Of a stretch of 64,000 nucleotides of DNA, positions 12,581-25,125 are shown piece after piece. Below the pieces are notes generated by a model that was not told the origin of the DNA, ran no database searches, and saw only the letters and a list, made by a program, of their open reading frames with translations. Location: assembly GCA_951406725.2 (NCBI GenBank), contig OX597822.1, forward strand, positions 58,714,001 to 58,778,000, read 5' to 3'. Within the stretch, counting starts at the first letter, position 1; each line of letters begins with the position of its first letter. Both the position numbers and the translations under genes were made by a program. This stretch comes from Octopus vulgaris. Its lineage: Eukaryota.

Positions 12581-12858
12581 TTTATATAAGCTTAAAGCTT
12601 ATAGCGATCACCGTACGATGACTAAAGAAAATAGTCTCTAATAATGGGGCATATAAGCCCTCGACAGAAAAAAGTAGGCTTTCCCATCCGCGTGTAATGG
12701 TAACACACTTAGTCACGTTAACAAAGGGATGTGGGTTCGTGGCCCTTGCGGATAGGAAAGCCTATTTTTTTTTCTGTCGGGGGCTTATATGCCCCATTAT
12801 TAGACTATTTTCTTTAGTTATTGCACGGTGATTGCTATAAGCTTTAAGCTTATATAAA
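12581..12858. mobile_element. Palindromic non-autonomous element with ~110-bp arms and a tRNA-like central loop; single arm of the same family at ~29438-29540
   Basis: 12581-12691 is the near reverse complement of 12748-12858; loop has GTGT-AATGGTA-ACAC and GGG-TTCGTGG-CCC hairpins. Confidence 0.8.
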
Positions 12859-13134
12859 TACCATATATATATATATTTGAGGACAGTTTTGGTATACAAT
12901 AAGACAACTATATTTCGGCATAAATAAATATATATTTGAATAAACATGTGTGCAATTAGCCTTGATAATGATTTTTAAAGCAAATTATTGTATGAAACTG
13001 CCTTCGGCTTCGATGCCTGCATCCATGCTGGACCGAAGCCTCTGATATGCTAACACTATATGGTCCTTATTCTTTTCGGACATCACCTGGACAATGGCGG
13101 CATTCAGTGAAGCTATGGTACTATGCATACATAC

Positions 13135-14310
13135 AAATATATGCATACATACAAACATATAAGTACGTACCGACATCTACATGTATGTATACATGCCTAA
13201 GTCTACTAGTGACAGCTGATGAAGGGGATTTTTCCTTGTGTAGCATGTCCTGTACCTTGTTTTTCTGTTGTAAATAATGTTTTTCCCGTTTTCGTTCTCG
13301 TCCTGTTCCACGTCTGTCTTTCTGTTGTAACAAAATGGCTTTTCCATTTTTGTTTCTGTTGAGTTCTACGTCTTTTTGTGGTGTCCTGTACGTATATATA
13401 TTTATATATGCATGTATATATACATGTAGATGTCGGTACGTACATATATGTTTGTATGTATGCATATATTTTATTTATTACACTATTGTCTGACAGCGCT
13501 TCGCGTCGGATTCGTTCGATTCTTCGCTTCGTTCCGTTTCTTATCCCCCTAATATTGTTTTATAATATAATTATGACGCGAAATTCTCTCCCTTTGCTTT
13601 ACCTTCCCCTATCTCTCTCCCCCTTCCTCATCTCTCTCTCAGCCGCGTGTCTTCCTCTATCTCTCTCTCTCTCACTCCTCCTCACTTTCGTCACTGCTAA
13701 TCCTTTTGCACGTTGCTTTCAGGCCGTAAGGTCATGTTTCCATGCACTCGCCAGTACCTCTTCCGTCCCAGCCAGAACAAAGGCCTTTCGTTTGTTTTCT
13801 TGTTTATTTTGATTTCTCGTATTGTATTTTATTTCTCGTTTTGTATTTTCTTGTACATGTATTTTTATCTTGTATTTTATTGTGCAGTTCTATTGTTACG
13901 TCCCGTTTGTGTTACATTTTTTTCGTGCTTGTTTTACCCCTCTGCGAGGTTATTTTATTTTAATTCTCTCGCAGGAAGGCCTAGTATTGACGAGTCGTGT
14001 CCTGTCTTGCCTTCGAAACACGCTAAGTCTACTAGTGACAGCTGATGAAGGGGATTTTTCCTTGTGTAGCATATCCTGTACCTTGTTTTTCTGTTGTAAA
14101 TAATGTTTTTCCCGTTTTCGTTCTCGTCCTGTTCCACGTCTCTGTCTTTCTGTTGTAACAAAATGGCTTTTCCGTTTTCGTTTCTGTTGAGTTCTACGTC
14201 TTTTTGTGGTGTCCTGTACGTATATATATTTATATAAGCATGTATATATACATGTAGATGTCGGTACGTACATATATGTTTGTATGTATGCATATATTTT
14301 ATTTATTACA

Positions 14311-14312
<2 letters not shown>
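13135..14312 (+). mobile_element. Non-coding Penelope/retrozyme-like insertion: 62-bp inverted segment plus a partial tandem of an 826-bp unit
   Basis: 13197-13484 repeats at 14023-14312; 13135-13196 is the reverse complement of 13410-13471; 3' end abuts (TA)n; contains a hammerhead motif. Confidence 0.75.
13981..14035 (+). ncRNA. Type I hammerhead ribozyme-like motif (C3U variant)
   Basis: CTAGTA-TTGACGA-G(19 nt)C-GAAA-C-ACGCTAA-GTC-TACTAG: perfect 6-bp stem I, 2-bp stem III, GUC triplet; stem II weak. Confidence 0.6.
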
Positions 14313-14368
<56 letters not shown>

Positions 14369-14553
14369 CATATATATACGACGGGCTTCTTTCAGTTTCC
14401 ATCTACCAAATCCACTCACAAGGCTTCGGTCGGCTCGAAGCTATAGTAGAAGATACTATAGTGGAATTGAACCCGGAACCATGTGGTTCGTAAGCAAGCT
14501 AATTACTACACAGCAACTCCTACTCCTATAAGAAATAAAGGCAACGTTAACGT

Positions 14554-14707
14554 CTCCCCGGCGGGGAATCGAACCCCGGTCTCCCACGTGACAGGCTAAT
14601 TGTGCAGTTCTATTGTTACGTCCCGTTTGTGTTACATTTTTTTCGTGCTTGTTTTACCCCTCTGCGAGGTTATTTTATTTTAATTCTTACTACTATACTA
14701 CCGAGGA
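14554..14707 (-). pseudogene. tRNA-Asp(GTC) pseudogene interrupted by an 89-bp insertion
   Basis: 5' part TCCTCGGTAGTATAGTAGTAAG (14707-14686) and 3' part GCCTGTCACGTGGGAGACCGGGGTTCGATTCCCCGCCGGGGAG (14596-14554) match eukaryotic tRNA-Asp; about 7 nt of D/anticodon stem lost. Confidence 0.9.
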
Positions 14708-15074
14708 CGTATATTTTTTTGTGTTAAATGGTTGATACTTTTTGTATATTGACTTGCGTAACTTACTTATCCTTACATTTACTCCTTTATATATTGATAT
14801 CATTATCATTATCATTTAATGGTTTTGTCCTATGATATCATAGATAGGACGGTTTGATAGGATCCGGCTCGATGACCTTACTAATGAAAGCCAATTTACA
14901 ACATGTGGCGGGTCTTTTTTTTCGTAGCATCAGCACTTAGGATGTCACAATGCAGCTTGCATGGCTAAGATTCCCTTCGTCTAATTGGGGCTGCAGTACA
15001 GAGGGTTTTGCTAGAATGAGGGATTAAAGTATGAGAGAACATGACATAATTAGTGGTGGTGGTGCGCGCGCATG

Positions 15075-15660
15075 TGTAAACGCTTTTCGCCATAAAGAAA
15101 CACTTAATGTCATAATCCCTGACTGGAGAGGGTTGTTTGCTGGAAAGCCATGTTTGTGGCAGCAGGATTCCGATCCTTGCCATACCCCCGGAAAGAGCCA
15201 GAAGTGGTTGTCGGAGAGATTCTACAACTTCACCAACCTCAGTTTCTGCCCTCCTAATCCCCCCACCCAATTATAATCTAATGAATTATTATGTGTGGAG
15301 CGCGGTTGAGAAAGACACCAAACGCTCTGCCTGCAACATCAAGGTCATGCTGGTGGCCAAGATGGAGGCGTTCAAAGAGTAACCGGTGATAAAGTTACAG
15401 GGAAAAAAGTCACAATTAAAATTATGGGATCTTGGCAACCCTCCCAAGACAAAACCCCTTCGGACCCCACCCCGCCATTCGGACAAAGCCCCAGTGACTT
15501 TTTTCCTGTAACTTCTTTTCCTGTGACATTTTTTTTTTACTTGGATTCATTCAAAGATGTTCCCAGGGACACAGTGAAGAACATATAACCCAGGTTCCAG
15601 GGTTCCAGAGTCGTCTTGAGACCGTGATGGAAGCTGAGGGTGGTTACTTTGAGTATACTT
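15075..15660 (+). pseudogene. Decayed Tc1/mariner transposase C-terminus (maT/DD37D-like)
   Basis: WQQDSDPCH...CPPN...YNLMNYYVWSAVEK...EAEGGYFE, frameshifted and interrupted by a MITE. Confidence 0.7.
15379..15548. mobile_element. Small MITE (MULE-like) nested in the transposase
   Basis: Flanks gttcaaaga/attcaaaga (9-bp TSD, 1 mismatch); subterminal aaagttacaggg / cctgtaactt inverted repeats. Confidence 0.6.
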
Positions 15661-17064
15661 ATCTTCTGCCCATAATCTAATTCATAAATTTTGATTAAAA
15701 AAAACCCTCTTGTTTCTGGTTTTGGATGGGATATCGTGTTTTCTTTTCCCTAATGCAAACTAAAGGCTTTAACCCGAACACCCAGTCTGTGTGTGTGTGT
15801 GTATGTGTGCGTCCGCGCGCGCGCGCACACACACAGAGACACAGTCTTTTAGGCGTGCATACACGTAAGTATACATATAAAGATGTGTATATGTAAGAAT
15901 ATACGCAACTACGTATGTGTATATAAATAAGCTGATAGACAAATTACTACCTGAATTTATTAGTTCCTTGGTCAGCAGATCTTTAGTGAAATGCCTTCCC
16001 TCTTTTATCTCTTTGCAGGGCATAGTATATCTAGGACTACAATCTCTAATTGTGCCATTCATTTTTCTAAGTTTGCACGGTGTGATCTGAGGGAAATTTG
16101 CTACTGTTTTTAGCAAGTCGTGGGACCACACACATCCATGCAACTTTTCCCACCTCAGTGACTCGACAGCATTTTATCTGTAAGATGAATCATTTAAGGT
16201 ATTTGACAACTGAATCGCCGAAAAATGTTTAATGCGTTAGTGACCGATTTCCTTTCTTCGAAAATAATTTTCGTGTTAAGTTGCTGTCAGTGGTAGTGGG
16301 GGGTCAAACTACTTAACTGCTGTCCTTGGCAATCATTCAAGCGTGACTGGTCAAAAGAAACGACTGGGCTGTTCTGGTTTAAAATATTTCATAATACAAT
16401 GAAAAGCAGTAGAGGTAGCGTATCAGCTGACAAAAGGAAGCTGTTAGGACGAACTTGATGGGAAAATATTCCCCGAGTTGACGTTGTGTATGTGTATGTG
16501 CGTGCAGGGGTATGTTTGTATATGTATGTGTGTTGTGAAAACACAAAATCAACTACAATCAAAACAATTCATACTTTTTGGCCTTGACCTTGAACCATTC
16601 ATTTATCAATAAACAGCTTTACATTTCAGTCTATTGTTCTCCGCCATCCCACATTTAACATCACCGTCGTTGGAGCTAATCCCAAAATGTAAAAAAAAAA
16701 AAAAATGAAAAAGTTTGCCTCCCAACCGTATGGTTCCAGGTTCAGTCCCACAGTGTGGTATCTTGGGCAAGTGTCTTTTACTATACTAAGCTTCAGGCTA
16801 AACCATAACTTTGTGAATGGATTTGGTAGGCGGAAACTGAATGAAGCCCGTCAGTCATTTGACTGCGGCCATGCTGGAGCACCGCCTTGAAGGATTTTAG
16901 TCGAACAAATCGACCTTAGGACTTATTTTGAAACCTAGTACTTATTCTCTCGGTGTCTTTTACCGAACCGCTAGGTTACGGGTACGTAAACACGCCAATA
17001 CCGGTTATCAAGCTTTGATGGGGAGACAAATACGGACGCTCAGAGACATACACAGATACATACA

Positions 17065-17139
<75 letters not shown>

Positions 17140-17449
17140 ATTTGTAGAATCTCGTTCTTCATTATAAATCAATTATCCGCTAAAGCACGGGGGAAACCCA
17201 ACCGTGTCTTTCTGTGATTTTGCTACAGGTATGTTACAAAGATATTCTTTATCCATTCTTACGAAAATAAACAAAAGACGATGGCAGGTGGAGTACAAAC
17301 AAACAAATGTATTAGTATAGCGCTCAGGAATAGAAATATATATATTGATAAAAATGGTAAGACAACAAAAGAAAGAAAGAGACCTCGATATTATGTAAAT
17401 AGAGGAATTTATCTGTAAATGTAATATGTGACAATTATTCGGTAGCCAT

Positions 17450-17510
17450 GATAAAACTCCGAGTTTCGGATGCCGAGGTGGAAATCCACGCCACCATCTC
17501 TTCAGTTATC
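17450..17510 (-). ncRNA. Type I hammerhead-like motif, family B, copy 1
   Basis: Minus strand GATAA-CTGAAGA-GATG...CATC-C-GAAA-CT-CGG-AGTT-TTATC. Confidence 0.6.
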
Positions 17511-17553
17511 TTCTATTGTATTTGAGTGATCAAATGTTCTATTTAATTAAAAT

Positions 17554-18745
17554 TTAATCATCAATGTACTTTCCCTGATTATCTAAGACTTCCTTCCATC
17601 TATTTACAAGCTTTTTAATTCCACCAATGTTAAATTCTTTTGGTTTCAAAGCGAAGAACTCTGAAATATCAGTTTCGACCCCCTCCTGGCTTGCGAAAGT
17701 TATGTCCCCCAAATGATTTTGTAAACTACGAAACAAATGGTAGTCTGATGGAGCAAGGTTGGGAGAATAAGGTGGATGAGGAATTTTTTCCCAACCAAGC
17801 TCTTTGATCTTCTGTGATGTGATCTTTGCAGTGTGGGGTCGCGCATTGTACTGATTAAACATCACTCCTTTTCGATTCACTAAAGCGGGTCTTTTTTTTC
17901 TTCAATGCTTGGTTCAAACGCTCTAATTGCTGACAGTAGACTCGGGCATTGATTGTTTCATTAAGTGGTAACAATTCAAAATGAATTACTCTTTTGCAAT
18001 CCCACCAGATAGAGAGAAGAGCCTTTTTTTCCATGAAGTTCCCTTCTCGGTTGTGGCTGAGCTTTTTCTCTTTAATACGCCACTGTTTACGACGTTTGAC
18101 TTTTCAATAGAAGATCGATTTTTCGTCACCAGTCACAAGTCTATCCAAAAAGGGTGAAATGAGTTCATGAGAATGGAGAGAAGAGCAGATGTCAACTCGG
18201 GATTTGCGGTTGCTTTTGGACAATTCATGAGGCACCCATTTTCCAAGTTCAGGAGCCTTTCCAAGTTGTTAAAGATGACAATGAACAGTTGTATGGTTTG
18301 AACTAAGCTTTATTGCCAATTCTTCAACTGATAATGCAGGATTTTCTTCAAGTAATGCCTCAAGGAGCTTATCATCAAACTCAACTGGACGTTCAAGGCT
18401 GAAATCTCCACTTCTGAATTTTGCAAACCATCTTCTGCAAGTTCTTTCATTCAAGCATTCTTTCCCATAAACTGAGTGTATGTTTCAAGTCACTTTGGCT
18501 GCAGAGTTTCCTTTTTGTACTCATAAAGCATTATGTGCCTCAAATGATCTTTGGATACTTCCATGTTAGAAAGGGTTTTAATCAAAGACATTTTAACTCT
18601 ATTATTCTGTAAAATAATATTTAATTAGTTTAAATGTACACAGATGCATAAAAATAATTTTTAATTCCATTAGACATCCTAAAATACTATTAAATTTCAT
18701 TCAATTTAAAAAAAAAAGTAAATTCGGACAGAACTTATGGGATGT
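17554..18745 (-). mobile_element. Decayed mariner element (transposase 18564-17554), one TIR retained
   Basis: MEVSKDHLRHIMLYEYK, RTCRRWFAKFRSGDFSLE, WVPHEL, VTGDEK, NARPH, HPPYSPNLAPSDYHLF; stops and frameshifts; TIR-like ttcggacagaacttatgggatg at ~18723-18744. Confidence 0.92.
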
Positions 18746-18908
18746 TATACACACAGACATGCATACACAAGAAGACAGAGGTGCATACATATACAAACAC
18801 ACGCTCCCACACACACATACATAGAAAATACACAAACATGGACATGCAAGCGCATGAATATGCAGAATATATACATACAGATGCATACACATACATACAT
18901 ATATACAT

Positions 18909-18940
<32 letters not shown>

Positions 18941-19289
18941 GCATATACACACATATATACATACACACACATGCATACATACATCCACACATACATGCAT
19001 ACGTACATGCATGCGTGCATAGGCACATACACATACTGACCCACACACATGCGCACAAACAAACAAAAAGGAACGCAGTGTAAATAACGGACAGAGTCAA
19101 GACTATTGAAAAGGTTGCAAGACGCAACGAAAATCTTAGGAAAATAAAAATAAGAAATAAGTGGAAATTTTACCGGTGAGTGCGTTAAATTATAAGGTAC
19201 AAAAAGAAAATGACTCTCCTCAGACACAACAGAATATGCTTCAACACACGAACTCATATAAAGAATCTTGCAAACCAAATCCAAAAATG

Positions 19290-19332
<43 letters not shown>

Positions 19333-19335
<3 letters not shown>

Positions 19336-19538
19336 TGAAAAGTTCCTGGCTTTAAGGGTATCGTGAAAGGAGTAGTTGGAGCCTCAACCTTCTGAGTTTT
19401 TTCTCAGGGCTTAGCAAAATTTAAGGACTTTGCAATAAATGTGTGAATCCGAGAGGAGAATATATTGGATAAAATCCTAATTAATCGATCCTCCTGTATT
19501 TTCTTTTACCCAGAGCCAGTAACTTTTCAGCAACCTTT

Positions 19539-19540
<2 letters not shown>
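19333..19540. mobile_element. Mariner-derived MITE
   Basis: ctgaaaagttcctggc / gccagtaacttttcag inverted ends; internal remnant of transposase C-terminus (KCVNPRGEYIG*). Confidence 0.65.
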
Positions 19541-19569
<29 letters not shown>

Positions 19570-19590
19570 ATACACACATGTATACATGTG

Positions 19591-19976
19591 GGTAATTTTT
19601 GATTATCTCACCCCCATTAAAAAATTGCCATTAAAAAATTGGGTTATCTCCTCACTCAAAAATTGAGTGAATGTGGCGACAAGAAGATTAGATTAAAAGA
19701 GTTAGATCCTTTTGATTCAATACTTCAACACATTATTGATGTTTGGCCTCCTCAATAGGCAGGGTATGATTTGTTATAAAAATGTTATCAGATTCAGTAA
19801 GATGCTTAATTTGTACAGTTTTCATGTTTATTAATTAAAAAGTTTTTTTTTGTTGTTTTATTGAGGGTTAAACAATTTTTTAAGTTGAGGGAGATAGCCA
19901 AAAGTACCGATATTTATCTTAAAACGGGGCGAGATAACCTAATTTTTGAATGGGGGTGAGATAGCCAAAAAGTACC
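19591..19976. mobile_element. Second GGTA-terminus MITE family (Merlin-like)
   Basis: ggtaatttttgattatctcaccccc / gggggtgagatagccaaaaagtacc; flanks tacatgtg/tatatgtg (8-bp TSD, 1 mismatch). Confidence 0.7.
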
Positions 19977-20468
19977 TATATGTGTTTGTATCTGTGCCCC
20001 TCCCCGCTCCTGGCGTGTATACGTCCCCGTAACTTAGCGTTTCAGCAAAAGTGAATGATAGAATAAATACCAAGCTTAAAAAGAAAATAAGTATTGGGAT
20101 CGATTAGTTCGATTAAAATCCTTCAAGGCGGTGCTATAGCATGGCCGCAATCCAATTACCGAAACAAAGATAAAGGATGTTGTCTATGGTAACGAAATCT
20201 ACTTTGAACCACGCCTTAACACAATGCTTCCCAAACGGTGCACCGCACGACACCTGTGTGCAGTGAGGCGTAAAAAAACAGAAATACTACAAAAATAGAG
20301 TTGTATTTATGAAAAACGTAAACGCCAAGAACTGCAATTTTAGATATAAGATTTTGACAACTATGTTTTATTTACTGAATAGAGAAGTATTTAATAATTT
20401 TCTGTTGTTTAAATTATTTATAAGCTAAAATATATAACTAAATCTTTCTTTTGATGCAGTTTTTGTTA

Positions 20469-20534
<66 letters not shown>

Positions 20535-20547
20535 CCTACCTACCTAC

Positions 20548-20597
<50 letters not shown>

Positions 20598-20628
20598 CTA
20601 CCTACCACCGACCTACCTACCTACCTAC

Positions 20629-20749
<121 letters not shown>

Positions 20750-20779
20750 GTAAATGTAATATGTGACAATTATTCGGTA

Positions 20780-20849
20780 GCCATGATAAAACTCCGAGTT
20801 TCGGATGTCGGAGTGGAACTCCACGCCGCTATCTCTTCAGTTATCTGGC
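20780..20849 (-). ncRNA. Type I hammerhead-like motif, family B, copy 2
   Basis: Minus strand GCCAGATAA-CTGAAGA-GAT..GTGGA/TCCAC..ATC-C-GAAA-CTCGGAGTT-TTATCATGGC; stem I extends to 9 bp with one bulge. Confidence 0.65.
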
Positions 20850-21091
20850 CATCGGAAAAAATGGCTGTTATACAAAGGGAAATTACTGTGTGATTGACCG
20901 TTATTAAGACAAAAGAGCTATTTGAATGACCGCTAAGTGAGGGAAGGGAGTAAAAGTAATAGTATTCGCGTAAGCGCGCATGTTCATACCTTCACTGTTC
21001 CATGGGTTTATCCCAGTCTGGACAGTAATTAGACTGTGATCTCGCTAAGGGTCACTCTTATTTCTAAAAACACAGTGGTCTGTTTTGTTAG

Positions 21092-21194
<103 letters not shown>

Positions 21195-22682
21195 CGTATT
21201 ATGTCATTCCTCCAATTTTCCCGGCAAAGGAAGTTTTGCATAATTGCAATATATGGCAAGACGGCAAAGAGGGGTCTCATCGAAAACGAGAAGGAAGGGT
21301 TACCTGCAACTTGTTTCTCATCGAAGACCAGAAACACTGGAAACGATTATAATTTAAAGGTGTTTTAGAGATAATTTATTTTATCGATTTGGTTCTAATC
21401 GTAACATATAAAATTGTGTCTCGTTGAATAAAGAGGACTCTACAGGGCACTGCTTAACCACCTAGAAACAGCAGTCAAGTTTCTCTCATATTACACTCTC
21501 CAATCTTTAAATTGTAAACACACGGTGGATAGTGAATGTAGTCTCAGAGGCAGATCCAGAAATAAGTCACGGAAAAAGTCATGAAAAATGTCGAAGAAGA
21601 GTTAGTCGAAGCAAGCAATGTCCGAGTCTCTATTTGCTGCCCGGCAATGTTTATTCAGACGCATTTTGTGATGTAGGGCGCGAAATTACCTTAAGCTATG
21701 CCTGAAAGCAATGAAGTAATGAAAGAATCATCCATAACTTGCAGTAAGCAACATTTATTAAACGTTATTACTGTTATTTCTTTATTTTCTCCAAACAAAA
21801 TGCACAAAAAAGCTACACGTTTGCATTATGTTATACATATAATAATAATAAAGGACGTTACCGTATACATTTTTACAAACCAAGGACGTTATATAGACCT
21901 CCTTGGCTCAAGTTAGATAAGGGGTGCGTATTATACACAAGGTTTAGGTTTTTCAGAGGTACAGCCCCATAAAAATCCCTTGCGTATTATACTCGAGGAT
22001 TTACGGTATACTTGTAATACTACGATATCATGTAAGGCAGTAGTTCTCAACTGGGGTCCAAATAAGATTCTTTGGGGTCCATGTAACAAGGTAGTAGAAT
22101 GGGGATCCGCAATAGTGTTTTAAGGATCCCCGAAAAAGAAATTTGCTTTAGATATATGTATTTGTATGTATTGCATACATAAAACTAAATGTGGCGGTCT
22201 CATAGAAGATAATGCTACTGTAAAACTAATTTTTAAACAAGAAATGGCTATGGGGTTCACCAGAATAAAATGTTATTCAAAGGAGTCTGACGTAAGGCGC
22301 TTTCAATCTGTAAATTTCATTCGTTGTCGAGAAATGACTGACTTGTTATTTTTCTTTGTCTTACCTTGCGTAAGAAGTTGAAAAAAAGTTTTTTTTTCTT
22401 TTTATGTTAATGCCATGTTATGTAAGTTGCGTATAAGTCATGTACTGTCTATTAAGAACTGATTTAGAGCATTTTTTGTTTTATTACATTAATAGTCTAT
22501 CTTTTGTTTCATTCATTAGGCTGCGGCCTTGCTGGGGCATCGCCTTGAAGTGTTTTAGTCGAACGAATCGACCCCAGTACTTATTTTTAAAGCCTGGTAC
22601 TTATTCTATCGTCCTCTTTTGCCGAACAGTTAGGTTTCAAGGACGTAAACGCACCAACACCGGTTATGAAGAGGTGGAGTGG

Positions 22683-22721
<39 letters not shown>

Positions 22722-24441
22722 ACACACACACTCACACACACACACACACGACGACCTTCCTTCAGTTTCCGTCCACAAAATCCACTCATAAGGCTTTGGT
22801 AGGCCCGAAGTTTTAGTAGAAGATACTTGTTCAAGGTTTCACAGTGGGACCGAACTCGGAACTGTATGTTTGAGAAGCAGGCTTCTTACCACACAGCCAC
22901 ACCACTTGTTTATAGTGTCTAAAGAAAATGTGACTTTTCTAGCTATATTCCATCATTCTTGATGAACTACAAACAGAAAACTAGGTATCATACACAACTG
23001 TATAAACACGCACCTGTGTGTCTGTGTGTGCATATGTACTTACACACTTTATACTCTTTTACTCTTTTACTTGTTTCAGTCATTTGACTGCGGCCTCGCT
23101 GGAGCAACGCCTTTAGTCGAGGAAATCGACCCCAGGACTTATTCTTTGTAAGCCTAGTACTTATTCGATCGGTCGCTTTTGCCGAACCGCTAAGTTACGT
23201 AAACACACCGGCATCAGTTGTCAAGCGATGTTGGGGGAACAGACACACACACACACACACACATGACGGGCTTCTTTCAGTTTCTGTCTACCAAATCCAC
23301 TCACAAGGCTTTGGTCGGCCCGAGGCTATAGTAGAAGACACTTGCCCATGGTTCCGGGTTCAGTCCCAAGCAAGCTACTTACCACACAGCCACTCCTACA
23401 CCTATATAAATACATATATAAGTACACATATAAATAAATATACTAAATTATTGCTTTATTGCCCACAGGGAGCTAAACACAGAAGGGACAAACAAGGACA
23501 GACAAACGGATTAAGTAGATTACATCGACCCCAGTGCGTAACTGGTACTTAATTTATCGACCTCGACAGGATGAAAGGCAAAGTCGACCTCGGCGGAATT
23601 AGAACTCTGAACGTAACGACAGACGAAATACCTATTTCTTTATTACCCACAAGGGGCTAAACACAGAGGGGACAAACAAGGACAGACATAGGTATTAAGT
23701 CGATTACATCAACCCCAGTGCGTAACTGGTACTTAATTTATCGACCTCGGCGGAATTAGAACTCTGAACGTAACGACAGACGAAATACCGCTAAGCATTT
23801 CGCTCGGCGTGCTAACGTTGTAAATACGAACTTGTAACCAGTTCAAATATGCTTGAGGCATATTCGAACCCGAAAGAAAAGCATTCTCTGTGTTCTGTCA
23901 TGGGGAAAATTTCTGGCTAGAGGGAGAGAGAGAGAGAGAGAGAGAGAGAAGGAAGAAAAGACATTTTTTTCTCTTTTCAAGTTTTCCTGACAACTGTTTA
24001 TCGGTCAGCGCCACCACCACCACCACCACCATTAACAACAATGTACTCACAGCCACTGACATCCAGTGAGACTGGCCGCCCATAACGTCCAAAGACATTA
24101 AGGTCAAATATCGGTGTATGCGGCGAAAGTTTTGTTAAGTTCATGAGGTCAATATACTGGCGAAGGGTAATAATGGCACAATAAGCTTACTGAAATATAC
24201 ACTATTGGCAAAAGAAGTAGAATAAAGATTTTATGTATGTATGTATATGCTTGTATGATACTACGTATATAGTCACCACATACACACACACACACATACA
24301 CATACACACACACACATACACATACTCCCAAACATATGTATGAATATGTTTATTGTATATATATATAAATATAAATGTGCAAATATACATACACAAACCT
24401 ACATTCAGATACTTAGATATATGTATGTACAGTGTTATATC

Positions 24442-24476
<35 letters not shown>

Positions 24477-24616
24477 TGTTATTCCTATACTTGTTTCAGT
24501 CATTTGACTGTGGCCATGCTGGAGCACCGCTTTTAGTCGAGCAAATCGACCCCAAGACATTCTTTGTAAGTCTCTTTTGCCGAACAGCATCGGTTGTCAA
24601 GCGATGTTGTGGGGAT

Positions 24617-24662
<46 letters not shown>

Positions 24663-25125
24663 GTTAAACCCTCCTTCTTTCCTGAGCGTCCAATAATACT
24701 ATATTTGTTCTACGTCCTCGCGTTGTTGTGTTTTTTTGTGCTTTCTTGTTTAGATTAACTATATATATATACATATATACGACGGGCTTCTCTCAGTTTC
24801 CACTCACAAGGCTTTGGTTGACCAGAGGCTATATTTGTAGACACTTGCCCAAGGTGCCACGCAGTGGGACTGAACCTGGAACCATGTAGTTCGTAAACAA
24901 GCTACTTACCACACAGCCGCTCCTACGCTTATATATATACACACACACACACACTCACTTTCTCTCTTCCTCAGTGTGAATATATACACACACATACATA
25001 CATACATACATACATACATACATACATACATACATACATACATACATACATACATACATACACACACACACTCTCTCGCTTTCTCTCTCACTTTCCTATC
25101 TCTTCCTCAGTGTAAATATATCTTC

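Noticed and set aside
14042-14055. CTGATGA just downstream of the hammerhead as a second core
   Set aside because: No stem II plus GAAA and no stem I pairing found in register
14597-14687. Non-canonical tRNA intron
   Set aside because: Removing it leaves a deleted anticodon stem and a mutated D-loop GG; the insert is a copy of nearby DNA
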